From Chiloscyllium plagiosum (taxonomy: Eukaryota): 52,273 bases of DNA. Every line of letters starts with the position of its first letter. Within the stretch, counting starts at the first letter, position 1. A model generated the notes under the pieces. The model searched no databases. It was not told the origin of the DNA and saw nothing but the letters and a program-made list of their open reading frames with translations. Below, piece by piece: positions 36,481-48,848 of the stretch. The translations under genes and the position numbers were made by a program. Location of the stretch: positions 52,724,511 to 52,776,783 of the forward strand of contig NC_057719.1 of the NCBI RefSeq assembly GCF_004010195.1, written 5' to 3'.

Positions 36481-36756
36481 CTCAAAAATTCGACCTTAAA
36501 GCTTGGCAGGCAGAACACGTCAATCAATGCTACAAAATTGGGGTGTCCTGACTTCCCACCATTGCACCCACAGGTAACATTGTGCTGTGCATTTCTTTAA
36601 CAGCTGGGATTAGAGAACTATGACATAATTAAAAATGATCAAGTAACTACATTGAGCTACATTGAAGTACGTGGGATGAAATGGCCCTCATTACCCAGAA
36701 TCTGCAACAGTGCAGTGAACCATTTGGCCAACTGGCTGCTTTCATGGGCAAGTTAG

Positions 36757-36887
36757 AGACAAAACAAAACTGCAGATGCAGGAATCCAAAGTAGACAGAT
36801 AGGAGGCTGGAAGAACATAGCAAGCCAAGCAGCATTAGGAGGTGGAGAAGTTGACGTCTCAGGTGTAACAGCTTCTTCTTCCTGACA
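36757..36887 (-). mobile_element. Single arm of a third fold-back/Penelope terminal-repeat family
   Basis: actgcagatgcaggaatcc..gctggaagaacatagcaagccaagcagcatt arm; minus-strand gaagaagctgttacacctgagacgtc is a decayed hammerhead-like core. Confidence 0.55.
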
Positions 36888-37100
36888 GGTGGATGGGAAT
36901 TTGCCAGGGACACCAGATATCCCTGACTTGCAAAGAGGCTGAGCGGTGTTGCAATGCACCCAAATGGAGGAGAGGGCACACACAGCCGTCAGAAATCACA
37001 GGTGGCTGCAATGGAGATTCTGCAGGAACCCCGTGTGCAACTCTCATCAGAGCTGGAATAACAACAATGTCAGCAGAAACCCTTGACTGTTATCTTGTTT

Positions 37101-37275
37101 AGAATCATATAATCCATACAGTGCAGGAAGAGGCCATTCGGTCCAATGTATCTGTACTGACTCTCCAAAGAAAGTCCTATCCAGACCCACCACTCCATCC
37201 TATTCCTGTAACCCTGGATTTATCATGGCTAATCCATCTAGCCTGCACATCCTGTACACTATGTGAATATCTAGC
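37101..37275 (-). mobile_element. Degenerate SINE 3' fragment
   Basis: Similar to 4625-4803. Confidence 0.6.
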
Positions 37276-40200
37276 ATTTCTTTAAGGCTGAAGGTTGGTT
37301 TTCTCATCAACACTAAACCACATGAGGCTTGCAGAAACTTATTGGTGGTAGCATATACAATACTCACTACACAATGGCTTTATTCTGTGTACAACACTGC
37401 TGGAACTGAGTACCTATTTAAAATTTTCAGGCAATTTGATTCTTATTCAATATAGATGAATCTGCTTTACAATAAACGTTGACACCAAGTCTAGGGACTT
37501 AATTGTTGATTTTGTTGTGTATTTGGGATCCTTTACCATAGTTATTTACAACTTAGAGCTGTCCCCATCTGCCATCTATCTGCATGAGCAATGGAGAAAG
37601 TAATTGCCTCCAGAGAACCCTGGAATAGCACAGCGTTTCTCTGCAAGTATGTTGCTCTGTCTCAGACAAAATGAACTGTCACAACATATTAATGCACAGT
37701 TTCAGTCAATTTTCTTTTTGTACATTGAAGTATGTGGTAAAGGCATCTTCAACAACAACGCGCATTTATTTGTATCATTCACGTAGAAAAAATATCCAAA
37801 AATCTTCACAGAAGCATAATCAATATGTTCCTTCGCTGATACTTCTCTTTGTGATTGTTCACAGTGTGTGCTTTACTTATGAATGATACATTCCTTTTAA
37901 AGGCATGGAGAAGAGAATAAGATACAAAGCTGCTGTGTGAACATGACACAAATTTAAAGCAATAGTAGATTATACTGCCTCCTGAGTCTGCTCCTTTATT
38001 TAGCATGACCAAGGCTGATCTGCTGATGGAGGTCAAGTCAATGAAGAAGCAGCTGAAAATGGTTGTGTCTCCCCAGAGGAACCCATGCAGAGACATCCTT
38101 GGCGCTGAGGCGACTGATCTCCAACAGCCACAACTTCTTTCTATGTTTCAGATATGACTCTGACAAGTGAAGAGTTTTACCCTGATTGCCATTCACCTTA
38201 GTTTTCCAAGGGGCCTTGATGCCACACTCAGTTAAATTTGACCTTGATGTCACAGGCAACCACTTTCACTTCATCTCTGAAATTCAGTTGTTTCGTCCAT
38301 GATTGAATCATGTACAGCAAACTTTGTTTGAACCTGTACCTTCCCAATCAGCACGCTTCATAAACCAGCAAAATGAAACAACTTAAACACCGTGAGGTAC
38401 CACAATGTCTGAGTATTTATTCTGTATATACAGCATAACAGTGATGTGTACACCCCCGCATTAGGTTTCTATTACTGTATTGATTTCAGGAGGTCTGCTG
38501 ATATTTTTGCAGAGATTCTTTAAGGGATGTTAATGTCTCAAAGTTTTACTTGGTCAGGGTTTGCTGTGGTTATGTGTACCTCTTGATTATCTGGAATATT
38601 TGATCAAACGGCACAGTCCTGGTCTCATAGGTGCCGGTTAATAGAAAGTTTGCTGTATATACAATGAGATCAGGAGCTAAATGGGCCAGGTGGAACCAAA
38701 ATTGAAACCTCCTAGTTTTTTCTTCTGCAGTTATATTAAATCTTTGGTTACTGACCTGCCTATCTGAAGAGATAGCATCTCCCTGACTTGGTCAACCAGA
38801 GATACTACAAATCCTATAAATTTTGAAAACCTACACCTTTTCTGTTTTAAGGAGAATAATTCTATAGTCCTGCCATTAGCTTTGTTGGACACATTTACGA
38901 TATGCTGCACCAAGGTCAACCTTAATTTGGGGCCTAACTACTAATTTCTAGACCTAACAATTTAAGGGATTGCTAGACCTAAATCACAATTTTCAAAACA
39001 CACTTTATGTCTCAATCCTTTAATGTTTTTCAATATTCTGTTTTTTAGGACTGAGCCTCACTAGAAATTGGCTAGTGTAATTTTTGTCAAGTTTCATAAA
39101 GGATTTCACTCTGTAAGACCGAGTGAGTTTTGTCATGTGATTGACTCAAACTTGCCTCATGAACTAGGTACCATATCCTGTGGTACCCCACTTGTCCAGT
39201 GCCAGCCTGATTCTCCCATCACTTATAAGAAGGTGTTCTCACCAACGTCAGGCCATCCCAAATTCTTGGAAATGTTACCATATTTAGAAAGCACACCTGC
39301 ATCTGGTCAAATGTTGCTAGCTTAGAGTTGCTCTGCTCATTTCATGTTGTTTGAGCTGAACAAGATGAGGGGAAATTGACATCCTGCTTTCCAGAAAATG
39401 CAGCATTTAAATGTAGAAGCATACTGTAGGTGAATCAGAGATGAGCCATGATGATGCAGTGAGCCTAAGATGTGTCAGATTTCAATGTTCGTGGATTGGT
39501 TGCATGCAGTTGCTGCCAACTGATGTGCCATCAGGAGCAGTTTGTGCCTTGTTTCTGGGACAGAGCTTCAGAGGAGCAGGGGATGAACTGGAGTCACCAG
39601 ATAATTGCTCCTTCAACATATGCTTTCTATTCATCAGCAGACAGAATGACACCCTGTATGTGATGAGGAGGGATATAGAAATGAGAGTGATAATCCATGC
39701 AGATTTGGCTCTCGTTATTCAGCAGTGAGAATCTCATTTTGACATTCAATACTTAGTTAGAAAATGTAACTTGAAAATGATTCTTGCTGGATATCTAACA
39801 TGACTTCCTCAAATTTCTCACATGACCTGCAATTGGTCAGGGCTGGGAAAATTCCACCTTTTGATTATTTTTGATTGGTGTCTTGACCTTCTTAATATCC
39901 CTTAAATTGTTGTTCATTTTGATCACTTCGATCCCTGGAGCGGGAGATCTTTTGTAACAACAATATAAAAAGATCACAACAAAAACATATTTATTAATGC
40001 TTGAAAGAAAATGGTGGCACAAAAGTCAGGTTGCCATGTTTGATAATTTTCTGATTTGTATTTCAAAGAGATGTGAGATTCTGTGGGTGATATAGGCTAT
40101 TGTGAAGTTTGCCACAGAATCAGATGCCAAGTCTTTCAAGATCTGTCTCAATATCAGGAATTCTCACTCCATCTTTTATAATTTTGACAAGTGGTGTGGC

Positions 40201-40632
40201 GACATTACTGCTAGGTGGAGGAAAATGAGAAATTAACGATGATTATTGCTTACTAAAAGCCTTGTTAATGGCTCAACTCACCTTGTTACTATTCAAATTT
40301 TTATCTTAGCACATTTGTTAAACAAGTTCGATGTTGAGCAAACTCACTCTGGAAATCAGAGTGGGTACCAGGTAAATTCACTGCTGGTCCTAAACAACCT
40401 CCATGATGCCTCTAACCAAAGTGCAGCTCAGGGCATAATCCACAAAAATCAGCCATGTACACCTTTCATTCACAAGCATTACCTTGCAGCATTTTCTAAA
40501 ACCTTGCAGTGGGAATTAGATAAGATTTTGTGAATGAGGTTACAAAGGTGCGCACAGCACATTTTAGCAGGTATGAACACGGAACACCCTAGCAATCCAT
40601 ATCAACAGAAATGACTAAAGAGGATCCTTATA

Positions 40633-40806
40633 CAGAGGAGCCTTGATTATACAACATTCGATTATCTGAATATCGGATTACCTGGCAAGATCGCAAGGTC
40701 CCAATGCTTGACTAAACTAATTTAGCCGGCATTTGATAATCTGGAATTCGATTAACCCAGCGAAATACTTCCTGTCCGTGTCTTTCGGATAATTGAGGTT
40801 CCTCTA
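40633..40806. mobile_element. Tc1/mariner-pogo (Tigger-like) MITE
   Basis: Imperfect TIRs cagaggagccttgattat / ataattgaggttcctcta flanked by TA on both sides; internal cgattat/ggatta subrepeats. Confidence 0.75.
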
Positions 40807-41444
40807 TACACCTTAAAGCCTTGAGAGAAGCCAATGGAGTATAAACAGGTGAGAAAGACATATCATGGAAGATTTCAGCTTATTGTACAGGAATGAAATG
40901 TAAACAATGTCTGGGTATACAGGTTGATGATGTTATCCACATATCTGACAGAGGTGGAACAAAGCTGGAACAGAATCAGGTATGACTCCTTCAAGGCCCT
41001 TAGTTACTCTCTTTACCTGTCCTTTTACTAACTGGGTGTGAGCTTGGCTGGCTAGGTCAGAATTTATTTTCCATCCCTAACTGGCCTTGAGAATGTGGTG
41101 GTAAGCCAACTTCTTGAACTGCTGCAGTCCAATTGGCATTAGGTAGACCCACAACACTGTCAGGAATAGAGTTCCACAATTTGAATCAGGGACACTGAAG
41201 GAACAGCAATAGATATCTAAGTCAGGATGGTGAGTGAATTGGAAGGGATAGGGTTCTGGTTTGCAAGGACAAGTTGGTCTGAAGGATCTGTTTCTGTGCT
41301 GTACATCTGTATAAGTGGTTTGAATCAGCCCCAGATCCCTGGTTCTAGACACTAGACTTATTTCAGGAATGTGAAATGGAGAAGACAGTAGACAAGTGTT
41401 TCAGGACAAAAGAATCTCTGTGTTTATTTTAAACACAAAAAATA

Positions 41445-41610
41445 TTCTAATAGTGTTTAATCTCGCTAATAGTGTATTTAATAGTATTACTGTCCTCTGT
41501 ATACAAGAAATATAAGTAAATGCAGTGAACAAGGAAATTAACAGAGGCAATTATACAGAGGACAGTAATACTATTAAATACACTATTAGCGAGATTAAAC
41601 ACTATTAGAA
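41445..41610. repeat. Perfect 59-bp inverted repeat with 48-nt spacer
   Basis: 41445-41503 is the exact reverse complement of 41552-41610 (checked base by base). Confidence 0.97.
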
Positions 41611-41727
41611 CCAAAAGACAACAGTTTTAATCACAGAAGCTTTAATCAGGCTTCCTACCATTGGGGTACCTGCACTGTCACCACCCGCCTTCCCCTCCTT
41701 GCTAGCTATTTTGGAAACTTTAGGGTC

Positions 41728-42690
41728 TCAGGAGTTCCTGTTCACCACTGAGGAAAACATAATTTTAAAGTGTGTCAGGTTGCTGAGGTTCTTGCTGTTG
41801 ATTCTCTTGGAAGCTTTTGTTTGGATAGCACTTGGTTGACTTCCCCCGTCTCGAATGTCCTTTGTTCCATTAATGCTCTTAGTTTGTTTTCCTGATTCAA
41901 CTTCTCTGTTCAGCCTTTGTGGTTCTTGGTTCTGAAGCTGTTGGTTGGGGCTGGAGCCTGTGGGGAAGCTGCTGGTTGGAGCTGTGACCTGTGAGGAAGG
42001 TGTTTGTTGGGGCTGGGAGCCTGCAGGGAAGCTGCTGGTTGGGGCTGGGAGTCTGTGGGGAAGGTGATTGTTGGATCTGTAAGCCTGTGGGGAAAGTATT
42101 TGTTGGGGCTGTGAGCCTGTGGGGAAGCTGCTGGTTGGGACTGGGAGCCTGTAGGGTAGGTGTTTGTTGGGGCTGTGAGCCTGTGGGGAAGGTGATTGTT
42201 GGGGTTGGGAGTCTGTGGGGAAGCTGGTGTTTGGGGCTAGGAGCCTGTGGGGAAGTTGAACATGCAGGAGCTTGTTGTTGAAAAAGGCTCTCCCCTGGGT
42301 GAGAGTTGGCAGTTGTACTAACTGTGTCCCCCATTTTCTCCCCTCAAATCTGTAGCTTTCTTTCAGTTCTCGATGTTCTTTTCTGAAGTCGACTGGTTTT
42401 CCGATGATTACAGTACGTGTGAATAGGTTTCGATTGAGGGCAAATATCCAGTATCTCTCTGTAGGCCCCAAACTGTTGTGCTGGGTAGCCCTAAGTGTAA
42501 AAATTAGTTTTTGTTGTTTGTCCTGGTATAAATTGGAATTCCAGGCTGAGCAACGGGTCCAGACAGCCATCTCTGTGCCTGTGAGTTGTGTTTGTGCATT
42601 CTCCACAGAACTCATTCCAACCTCAATTAACCTTTTTAAAAGTTTTGAATAGTCTAGGGTTTTGTCTAGTATTTTATATATTGGGGATTT
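41728..42690 (-). CDS. Unassigned open reading frame (295 aa from ATG at 42615; stop-free from 42690), P/Q/S/T-rich middle
   Basis: Longest ORF in the window; ~140 non-repetitive codons before and ~65 after the minisatellite; no TE motif recognised. Confidence 0.35.
   Translation of the reverse strand, partial: KSPIYKILDKTLDYSKLLKRLIEVGMSSVENAQTQLTGTEMAVWTRCSAWNSNLYQDKQQKLIFTLRATQHNSLGPTERYWIFALNRNLFTRTVIIGKPVDFRKEHRELKESYRFEGRKWGTQLVQLPTLTQGRAFFNNKLLHVQLPHRLLAPNTSFPTDSQPQQSPSPQAHSPNKHLPYRLPVPTSSFPTGSQPQQILSPQAYRSNNHLPHRLPAPTSSFPAGSQPQQTPSSQVTAPTSSFPTGSSPNQQLQNQEPQRLNREVESGKQTKSINGTKDIRDGGSQPSAIQTKASKRINSKNLSNLTHFKIMFSSVVNRNS
41940..42257. repeat. 32-nt G-rich minisatellite, ~10 units (gttggggctgggagcctgtggggaagctgctg)
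   Basis: Direct reading; gives a 32-aa (3-unit) periodicity in the translations. Confidence 0.92.
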
Positions 42691-43066
42691 TTACTCAATC
42701 CTACAAAGGGAACTTGCAGGAAGTCGTGTTCCCATATATCTGCTGCCTATGTCCTTTTTTAAAACATATTTTATTGGAAAAATAGATTCTTAAAATATTA
42801 CAACAAGTACAAACAATACAATTCAAAACAATACAAAAAAAACACAAGTTAAAAAAACACAACCCACCCTCATGTACAAATGTATAAACATGTATAAAAA
42901 TGTATAGAATAAAAAGAACCCAAACTAGCTATTTAACTAACTAAATATATAATAACTAACAACAAACTAATAAGTAGTAATAACTCAGCCCAGCCAAACA
43001 AAGCGCTCATATGTTCACAGTTCTTCCTCCCTGGATATTGGGCTCGTAAAACACAATTTTTATGAC

Positions 43067-46000
43067 TATATAAGCGTCCTTTTTAGTGTGGCAGGTAAAT
43101 CTCTGTCCAGGTATTCCAAAAAGGGCTGCCATGTCCTATAAAAATTCTCAGTTTTGTGGTGTACCACATTTGTGAGAAAATCCAAGGGAATATGCTCCAT
43201 AATAATCTTCCGTCAACCCAACAGGAACGGAGGTTTTCGAATATCTAACCTAGCAAGTGCCCGTACAGGCCTTGCAGTTGGGACACACTGAAGATACCCC
43301 TGGTTTAAATTTTGACAAATGGTCCAGAGCCAAGTGGAATCTGTGGAGAATCTTCAACTGTGAAGCATGGGTCCTATTGTAAAGTGATATCTTCCATACA
43401 TTCTCCCAAATATCCTCCCATTCCTCTGAGGAAACTTCAACACCCAGCTCTCTCTCCCACATCCTGCAGAGCTGATGAAACTCATTTGAGGGGGTACCCA
43501 CCAATTGATGATATAAAGTACTGACAGAAAGTGTACCCTTAGCACTTGGCACCCCCTCTCTATGTTGAATTTGTAGGGATCAGTCAAAAGTGTAGTCTTT
43601 TTTTGAATAAAATCCCTAACTTGAAAAAAATGAAAAAGCTCGCTATTAGATAACTCCTACTACCGTACTAACTGATCGAAGGACATCATTACGTCTCCCT
43701 CAAATAAATTGACCATGCAAGACACACCCCTAGCTGCCCAATGTTTAAACCCTGAATCTATCATCCCTGGTTGAAAACCTGGCATACCCACTAAAGGTGT
43801 AAACAAAGATGTTTTGCCGATATTGCCTTCCCTCTGCCGAATTGCCATCTATGCTTTAACAGTATTGATAACTATTGGGTTATGGCAATATTCCCTAACT
43901 GTCCCTATTTTGTCCAAAACCAGCAAACTGGTAAGGGGGCACCCTGCCTGGGAGGCTTTGATATCTAGCCATATTGAAAGCAGATCCCCACAAGCCCCAA
44001 TCACTCACGTAGGACAAAAGCGAGTTTAGTTGGTAATTTTTAATGTCTGGAAGGTCCAATCCCCCCAGTCTGTGTGGCAGTTGCAGTTTGGCAAATTTAA
44101 TAAGGAAATCGGGGGAGCATCTGTATAGGGTATAGCAAACGGGGGAGAATATTTATCTTAGTAAGCGCTATCTGACGCAACTACAAGACCAGAAGTGCCT
44201 CCCATCTTTGAAGGCCTTGTTTAATTTTATTAAATAATTGGATAAAATTGAACAGCTGATCCCGAACTGGAGTAATGAATATGACCAATACACAAACCCC
44301 CCGTAACCACCTAAATGGGAATCTATAGTCGCCCTCGAGACCTAGTTCCTTCGTAAGACCATCCACAGGCATAGTCGCTGATTTCGCAAAATTAATCTTG
44401 TACCCTGAAAAAGCGCCAAATGCACGAATGCATTGCATCAGGTGAGGCACTGAAACTGCTGGATCTGTCAACAAAATTAGGACATCATCTGCACACAACA
44501 AAATCTTAAGTACTTTTGACCCCACTTCTGGAGCTGATATATTCGGTCCCCATGAATGGCCTCCGTTATTGGTTCAATCACTGACGCAAAAAGCAATGGT
44601 GAAAGGGGACAGCCCTGCCAGCTGCCCCTAAAAATATTAAAATTGCTTGATCATACCCCATTGATGATGGCTGCTACAAGAGGGCCATCGTTGCCAACCT
44701 TTACCCACCTTATGAAGACTTCGCTCAAACCAACCCCCCAGAGTATAGAAAAGGTACGGCCACTCAACTTGGTCAAATGCCTTTACTGCATTTAGAGAAA
44801 TCACCAGTCTCTGTATTGACTGCTGTTGGCATACTTGAATTACATTAAGCAGCCTCCTAACATTATTGAAGGATATGCGACCCTTTATGAAGCCTGTCTG
44901 ATCGTGTTTAATAATAAAAGGTAACACAGTCTCCAGTCTTAATGTGATAGTCTTAGAGAGGATTTTAAAGTCCACATTTAAGAGCGAGATGGACCTGTAC
45001 GAAGCACAGTCTTCCGGGTCCTTCCCATTTTTAAGAATAAGTGAAATATTGGCCTTTCTCAGAGATGGTGGGAGACAATCATGACTGTATGAATCATTAA
45101 ACACATTGAGCATCGGGCCTGACAGTATGTTTATAAATCCCTTATAGAATTCACTGGGAAATCCATCAGGACTGTGCGCCTTTCCATGCTGAAGCTTCCT
45201 GCACTTCTTGCTCTGATAAAGGGGCATTGAGAAAGGACTCTTATTTGGGAGTCACACCTGGGAGCTTCAGATCCCTAAGAAAGGATTCCATTTTGACCTG
45301 CCCCTTCTCACAATCCTCGGATTGATATAACTTAGAGTAAAATCTCTGGAATGCCACCTTAATCTTTTTAGAATCACATATTAGTTTCCCTTAATCACCG
45401 TTATGGTTTGAGGGGCACTCCTTTCCCTGGCAAGATACGTTAAGTGTTTGCCTGGCTTGTCACCATGCTCATATAACCTTTGCTTTGCAAAAGCCAACTC
45501 CTTCTTTGGCATCTGCATGAGCACGGAATTTAATGCAGACCACAGCACCATAATCCTCTGTAGTTTGACCAATGAAGGTCTGTCAAAGTAAGCCTTCTTG
45601 GCTGCCTTTAACCGTGTTTCAAGGAGACGTTGCTACTCACCCTTCTGCTGCTTCCTACTGGCGGAATAGGAAATAATTAACCCCCTGGCATAGGCTCTGG
45701 CAGTTTCCCAGAGGATGGATGAACTACCAACTGAGCCTAAGTTGATGTATCAGAACACCTGAAATTCCCTACAGAAATACTCCACAAACGTATTATCCTT
45801 AGGATAAAGGGTTCCATTTGCTAGTGTCTCGAACCCACTGTAACATCTTTAATCTTAACCAAGAGGTACACTGGAGCATGATCAGAGATGGTAATATTAC
45901 CAAACGTACAAGATGCTACCAAATCCAGGGTTACCGCAGGGGTCAGAAAAAACTCAATCCTGGTGTGACATCTGTGCTGGAGAAAAACATAAAATCCTTC

Positions 46001-46565
46001 CCTGTAGGGTGGAGACACATCCAGACATCCACTAACATAAATCCCCATATAGACCCACTAACTATTTAGTTTGTACAGAGGGTATCGAGGGACCTTTGTG
46101 CAACCTGTCTACCATGGGATCCATGAGACAGTTAAAATCTCCCCCTATAATGATATGCTGGGACTCGAGACTTATCCGTTTAGAAAAAGCATCTACCAAA
46201 AATTTAAGGGGATGAGCTGGAGGGCAATAAACATTTAAAACACCATAGTCTTCCCCATTTATCAAGGCTTTAAGAATTACAAACCTCCCGTGTGTGTCTT
46301 TAACACACTCTAGCAACTTAAATGGGAGATTTTTCCTAACCAATATAGCCACTCCCCTACTTCTGGTACTAAATGCTGAAAAATAAACTCGGTCAAAGTC
46401 ATTCTGCTGTAATTTCAGATGCTCCTTGTCATTCAAGTGTATCTCCTGAAACAAAGCAATATCCACCTTCTCCTTTCTATGACTCAAGAGTACCTTCTTC
46501 CTCTTAATTGGTGAGTGACTTCCCTTGATATTCCAGGTACACCACTTAATCAAGTCATTAGCCAT
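43067..46565 (-). pseudogene. L1 ORF2 (APE endonuclease, RT, Cys-rich C-terminus), disrupted
   Basis: TWNIKG, GGDFN, ISDHAP, YRSISLLNVDFKILSK, QGCPLSPL, LCADDVL, CPNC motifs with frameshifts. Confidence 0.95.
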
Positions 46566-46842
46566 AACCTTCTGCAATAACATTTACATTCCAGACAGGA
46601 GGAACCTGAACCATAAATCACAGAGCCTTAGTGTCACATGATCCACCAAATATAAATCTACATAAACTAAAACAACTACATTTAACAAATCTACAAAACT
46701 ATTAAAAATTAAAACAACAAAACCCAAAAAAAAACCCAGCATATAAAGTGCCAACAGTGCTGAGTAGGGGAACTCACCCCCAGCTCAGAGGGAGCAACTA
46801 CCCATCCCAAACTATTCCATAAGTAGGCATCTAACCATCCCA

Positions 46843-47032
46843 GGAGAAAGTGAGGACTGCAGATGCTGGAGATCAGAGCTGAAAATGTGTTGCTGGAAAA
46901 GCGCAGCAGGTCAGGCAGCATCCAAGGAGCAGGAGAATCGATGTTTTGGGCATGAGCCCTTCTTAAACGTCGATTCTCCTGCTCCTTGGATGTTGCCTGA
47001 CCTGCTGCACTTTTCCAGCAACACATTTTCAG
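46843..47032 (-). mobile_element. Fold-back element family 1 in the L1 inter-ORF spacer
   Basis: ~65-bp inverted arms; centre gggcatgagcccttcttaaacgtcga; 14-bp TSD atctaac(c/t)atccca at 46829-46842 and 47033-47046. Confidence 0.9.
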
Positions 47033-47362
47033 ATCTAACTATCCCACCCACCTTCACTTCTCCCAGCTAGAGCCACACCGCAAACGTAAGCAGAAAGGAG
47101 TAAATACACCATAGAATACCAATATGAATAAAAAACATTTTTTTAGAATAAAGAAATAAATACCCCACCCATCCTTTGATATATCCAAACTTAGAAATTG
47201 AAAATGTACATTTCAACTGCCACCAAACATAGTTTAAACCAAATTATTATCAATAGAATAAAAATAGTAAAATAAAGCTCCAACTGGACTTGCTCCATTT
47301 CTTTTACAAAACAATAAAGACATACCAAAACAACGCTATTTATACAAACTAAATTATTCAAA

Positions 47363-48174
47363 TTAGGTTAATTTGTCCACAAAGTCTCTTGCCTTCTCCG
47401 ACGTGTCAAAGAGATGTATGGATCCATCTAAGTTGATCTGTGCACTGTCGGATACCTCAGGGGGTATTGAATCCCAAGCTCCTTCAGTCTTCACTTGATA
47501 TTGTCGTAAGATTGTTGTTTCTGGATCACCGCAATTGAGAAGTCCTGAAAGAACATGATCTTAGAGCCCTCATAAATTAGGGCCTTTGGATTGTTCCCCT
47601 GGACTCTGGAAGCCTCCATGACTCTCTCCTTATCCCAGTAATGATTTAACTGCACCAGGAGAGGATGAGGACGTTGACCCAGACCCGATCTCCGCACTGC
47701 GACCCACTGAGCCCTCTCTATCTACAATTCTCTCATGCTAGCTCCAAGTTAAGGGATTTTAGCAGCCAATCCTCAACAAATTCCATAGGCCACTTACCTA
47801 CCTTACCCTCAGGGAGATGGATGATCGGAATGTTTTTTCCCTGCCCCTGTTCTCAAGATCATCTACTTGGTCGAGCAAATTATGGACATTCATCTCCAGG
47901 GCTCGGATTCTATCCTTGGATGAACTGTCATCAGCTTCCACCATTGTGATCCTGTGCTCCACGTCATCTGTCCTCTTCTCCAGGTCTCCCAGCTGCTACT
48001 CATGCTTCTGCAGCATGAGAGAGATTGGAGCCAGCTTCTTGTCAATCTGTTTCCCCAGCATCTTGTGAGATTTCACGAGCAAGTTCATCAGGGCCTGGAA
48101 ATTAATCGACTCTGAGGACCTTGCAGGCTGGGCTGTAGGCCGGCCTCAGATAATCCTCTTCCCTTTTTTGGCAT
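47363..48174 (-). pseudogene. L1 ORF1 (coiled coil, RRM, CTD), disrupted
   Basis: MPKKGKR start, heptad region, GQRPHPLLVQL..DKERVMEASR..YEGSKIMFFQDFS. Confidence 0.85.
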
Positions 48175-48633
48175 CTCTAGATGGCTGGAAATGCAGGTAA
48201 GTTAACTTTTAAAAGTTTCTTGGGACTCCACGATCTTTCAGGAGTCCGAAGGTATCGTAATGGTCCAGGTTGGGCAGTTTGAAGGTTTCTTCTGCTTATA
48301 CTGTGATGCGGAGCTCTGCCGTGCAATCTTCTTAGATTGCCACCATATTGGATCCTCCATCGGTGTCCTTCTTAATGGTATGATCATGGGTGTGGGTGGA
48401 GTCTTTGTGAATTTCTGAGTTGTGTCTTGTAATCAGTACACACTGCTGCTGCTGAACATTGGTGATGGATGGAATGGATGTTTGTGGGTATAGTGCCCAT
48501 GAAGCCTACTGTTAGACTATTAGATGTTGTCTGAGAAGAGAATGAAATAACAAAGTCTACATGCTTTGATCTTTCAAAAGCTTAACTACATATCATGAGA
48601 TGACAGTTCTGAATGAAATCAAGTTAACTGCGT

Positions 48634-48848
48634 GTGATATCACGTTTAGAGTGATGTCTCTTTAAGGATCACCATGCAAATAAGCTAAGTACCTGGATGT
48701 TGTCACATGACCACAGGCCATTTTCTCTCTGCTCCACAGCTCACTGGAGACACTGGCTATGCCTGGAACTAAGTCTGTACTGTATGTGATAGTTTAGCTG
48801 CATTACATGCACGAGAGATCCATGAGTATACAGAAACTATGTACATCA
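48634..48848 (+). mobile_element. Possible solo LTR
   Basis: TG...CA bounded ~215-bp stretch with ctttaag and gtcacatgac motifs; no TSD seen. Confidence 0.3.

Larger units (their letters stand above)
42755..48362 (-). mobile_element. Full-length decayed L1-clade LINE (fish-type)
   Basis: 5'UTR, ORF1, ~800-bp spacer, ORF2, AATAAA and A-tail; tgtcctt duplicated at 42750-42756 and 48364-48370; it splits an older LINE fragment. Confidence 0.95.

Noticed and set aside
37806..37900. Minus-strand acceptor suggesting an exon
   Set aside because: All three frames hit stops before a credible donor.
41940..42257. CRISPR-like array (32-nt period)
   Set aside because: Units are contiguous with no unique spacers, no cas genes, eukaryotic context; it is a minisatellite.
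42325..42460. Resemblance of RYW..RNLFTRTVII..DFRKEHRELKESYRFEGR to the influenza A nucleoprotein C-terminus (or hepadnaviral terminal protein)
   Set aside because: Needs several large gaps and the upstream sequence does not align; cannot be told from chance without a profile search.
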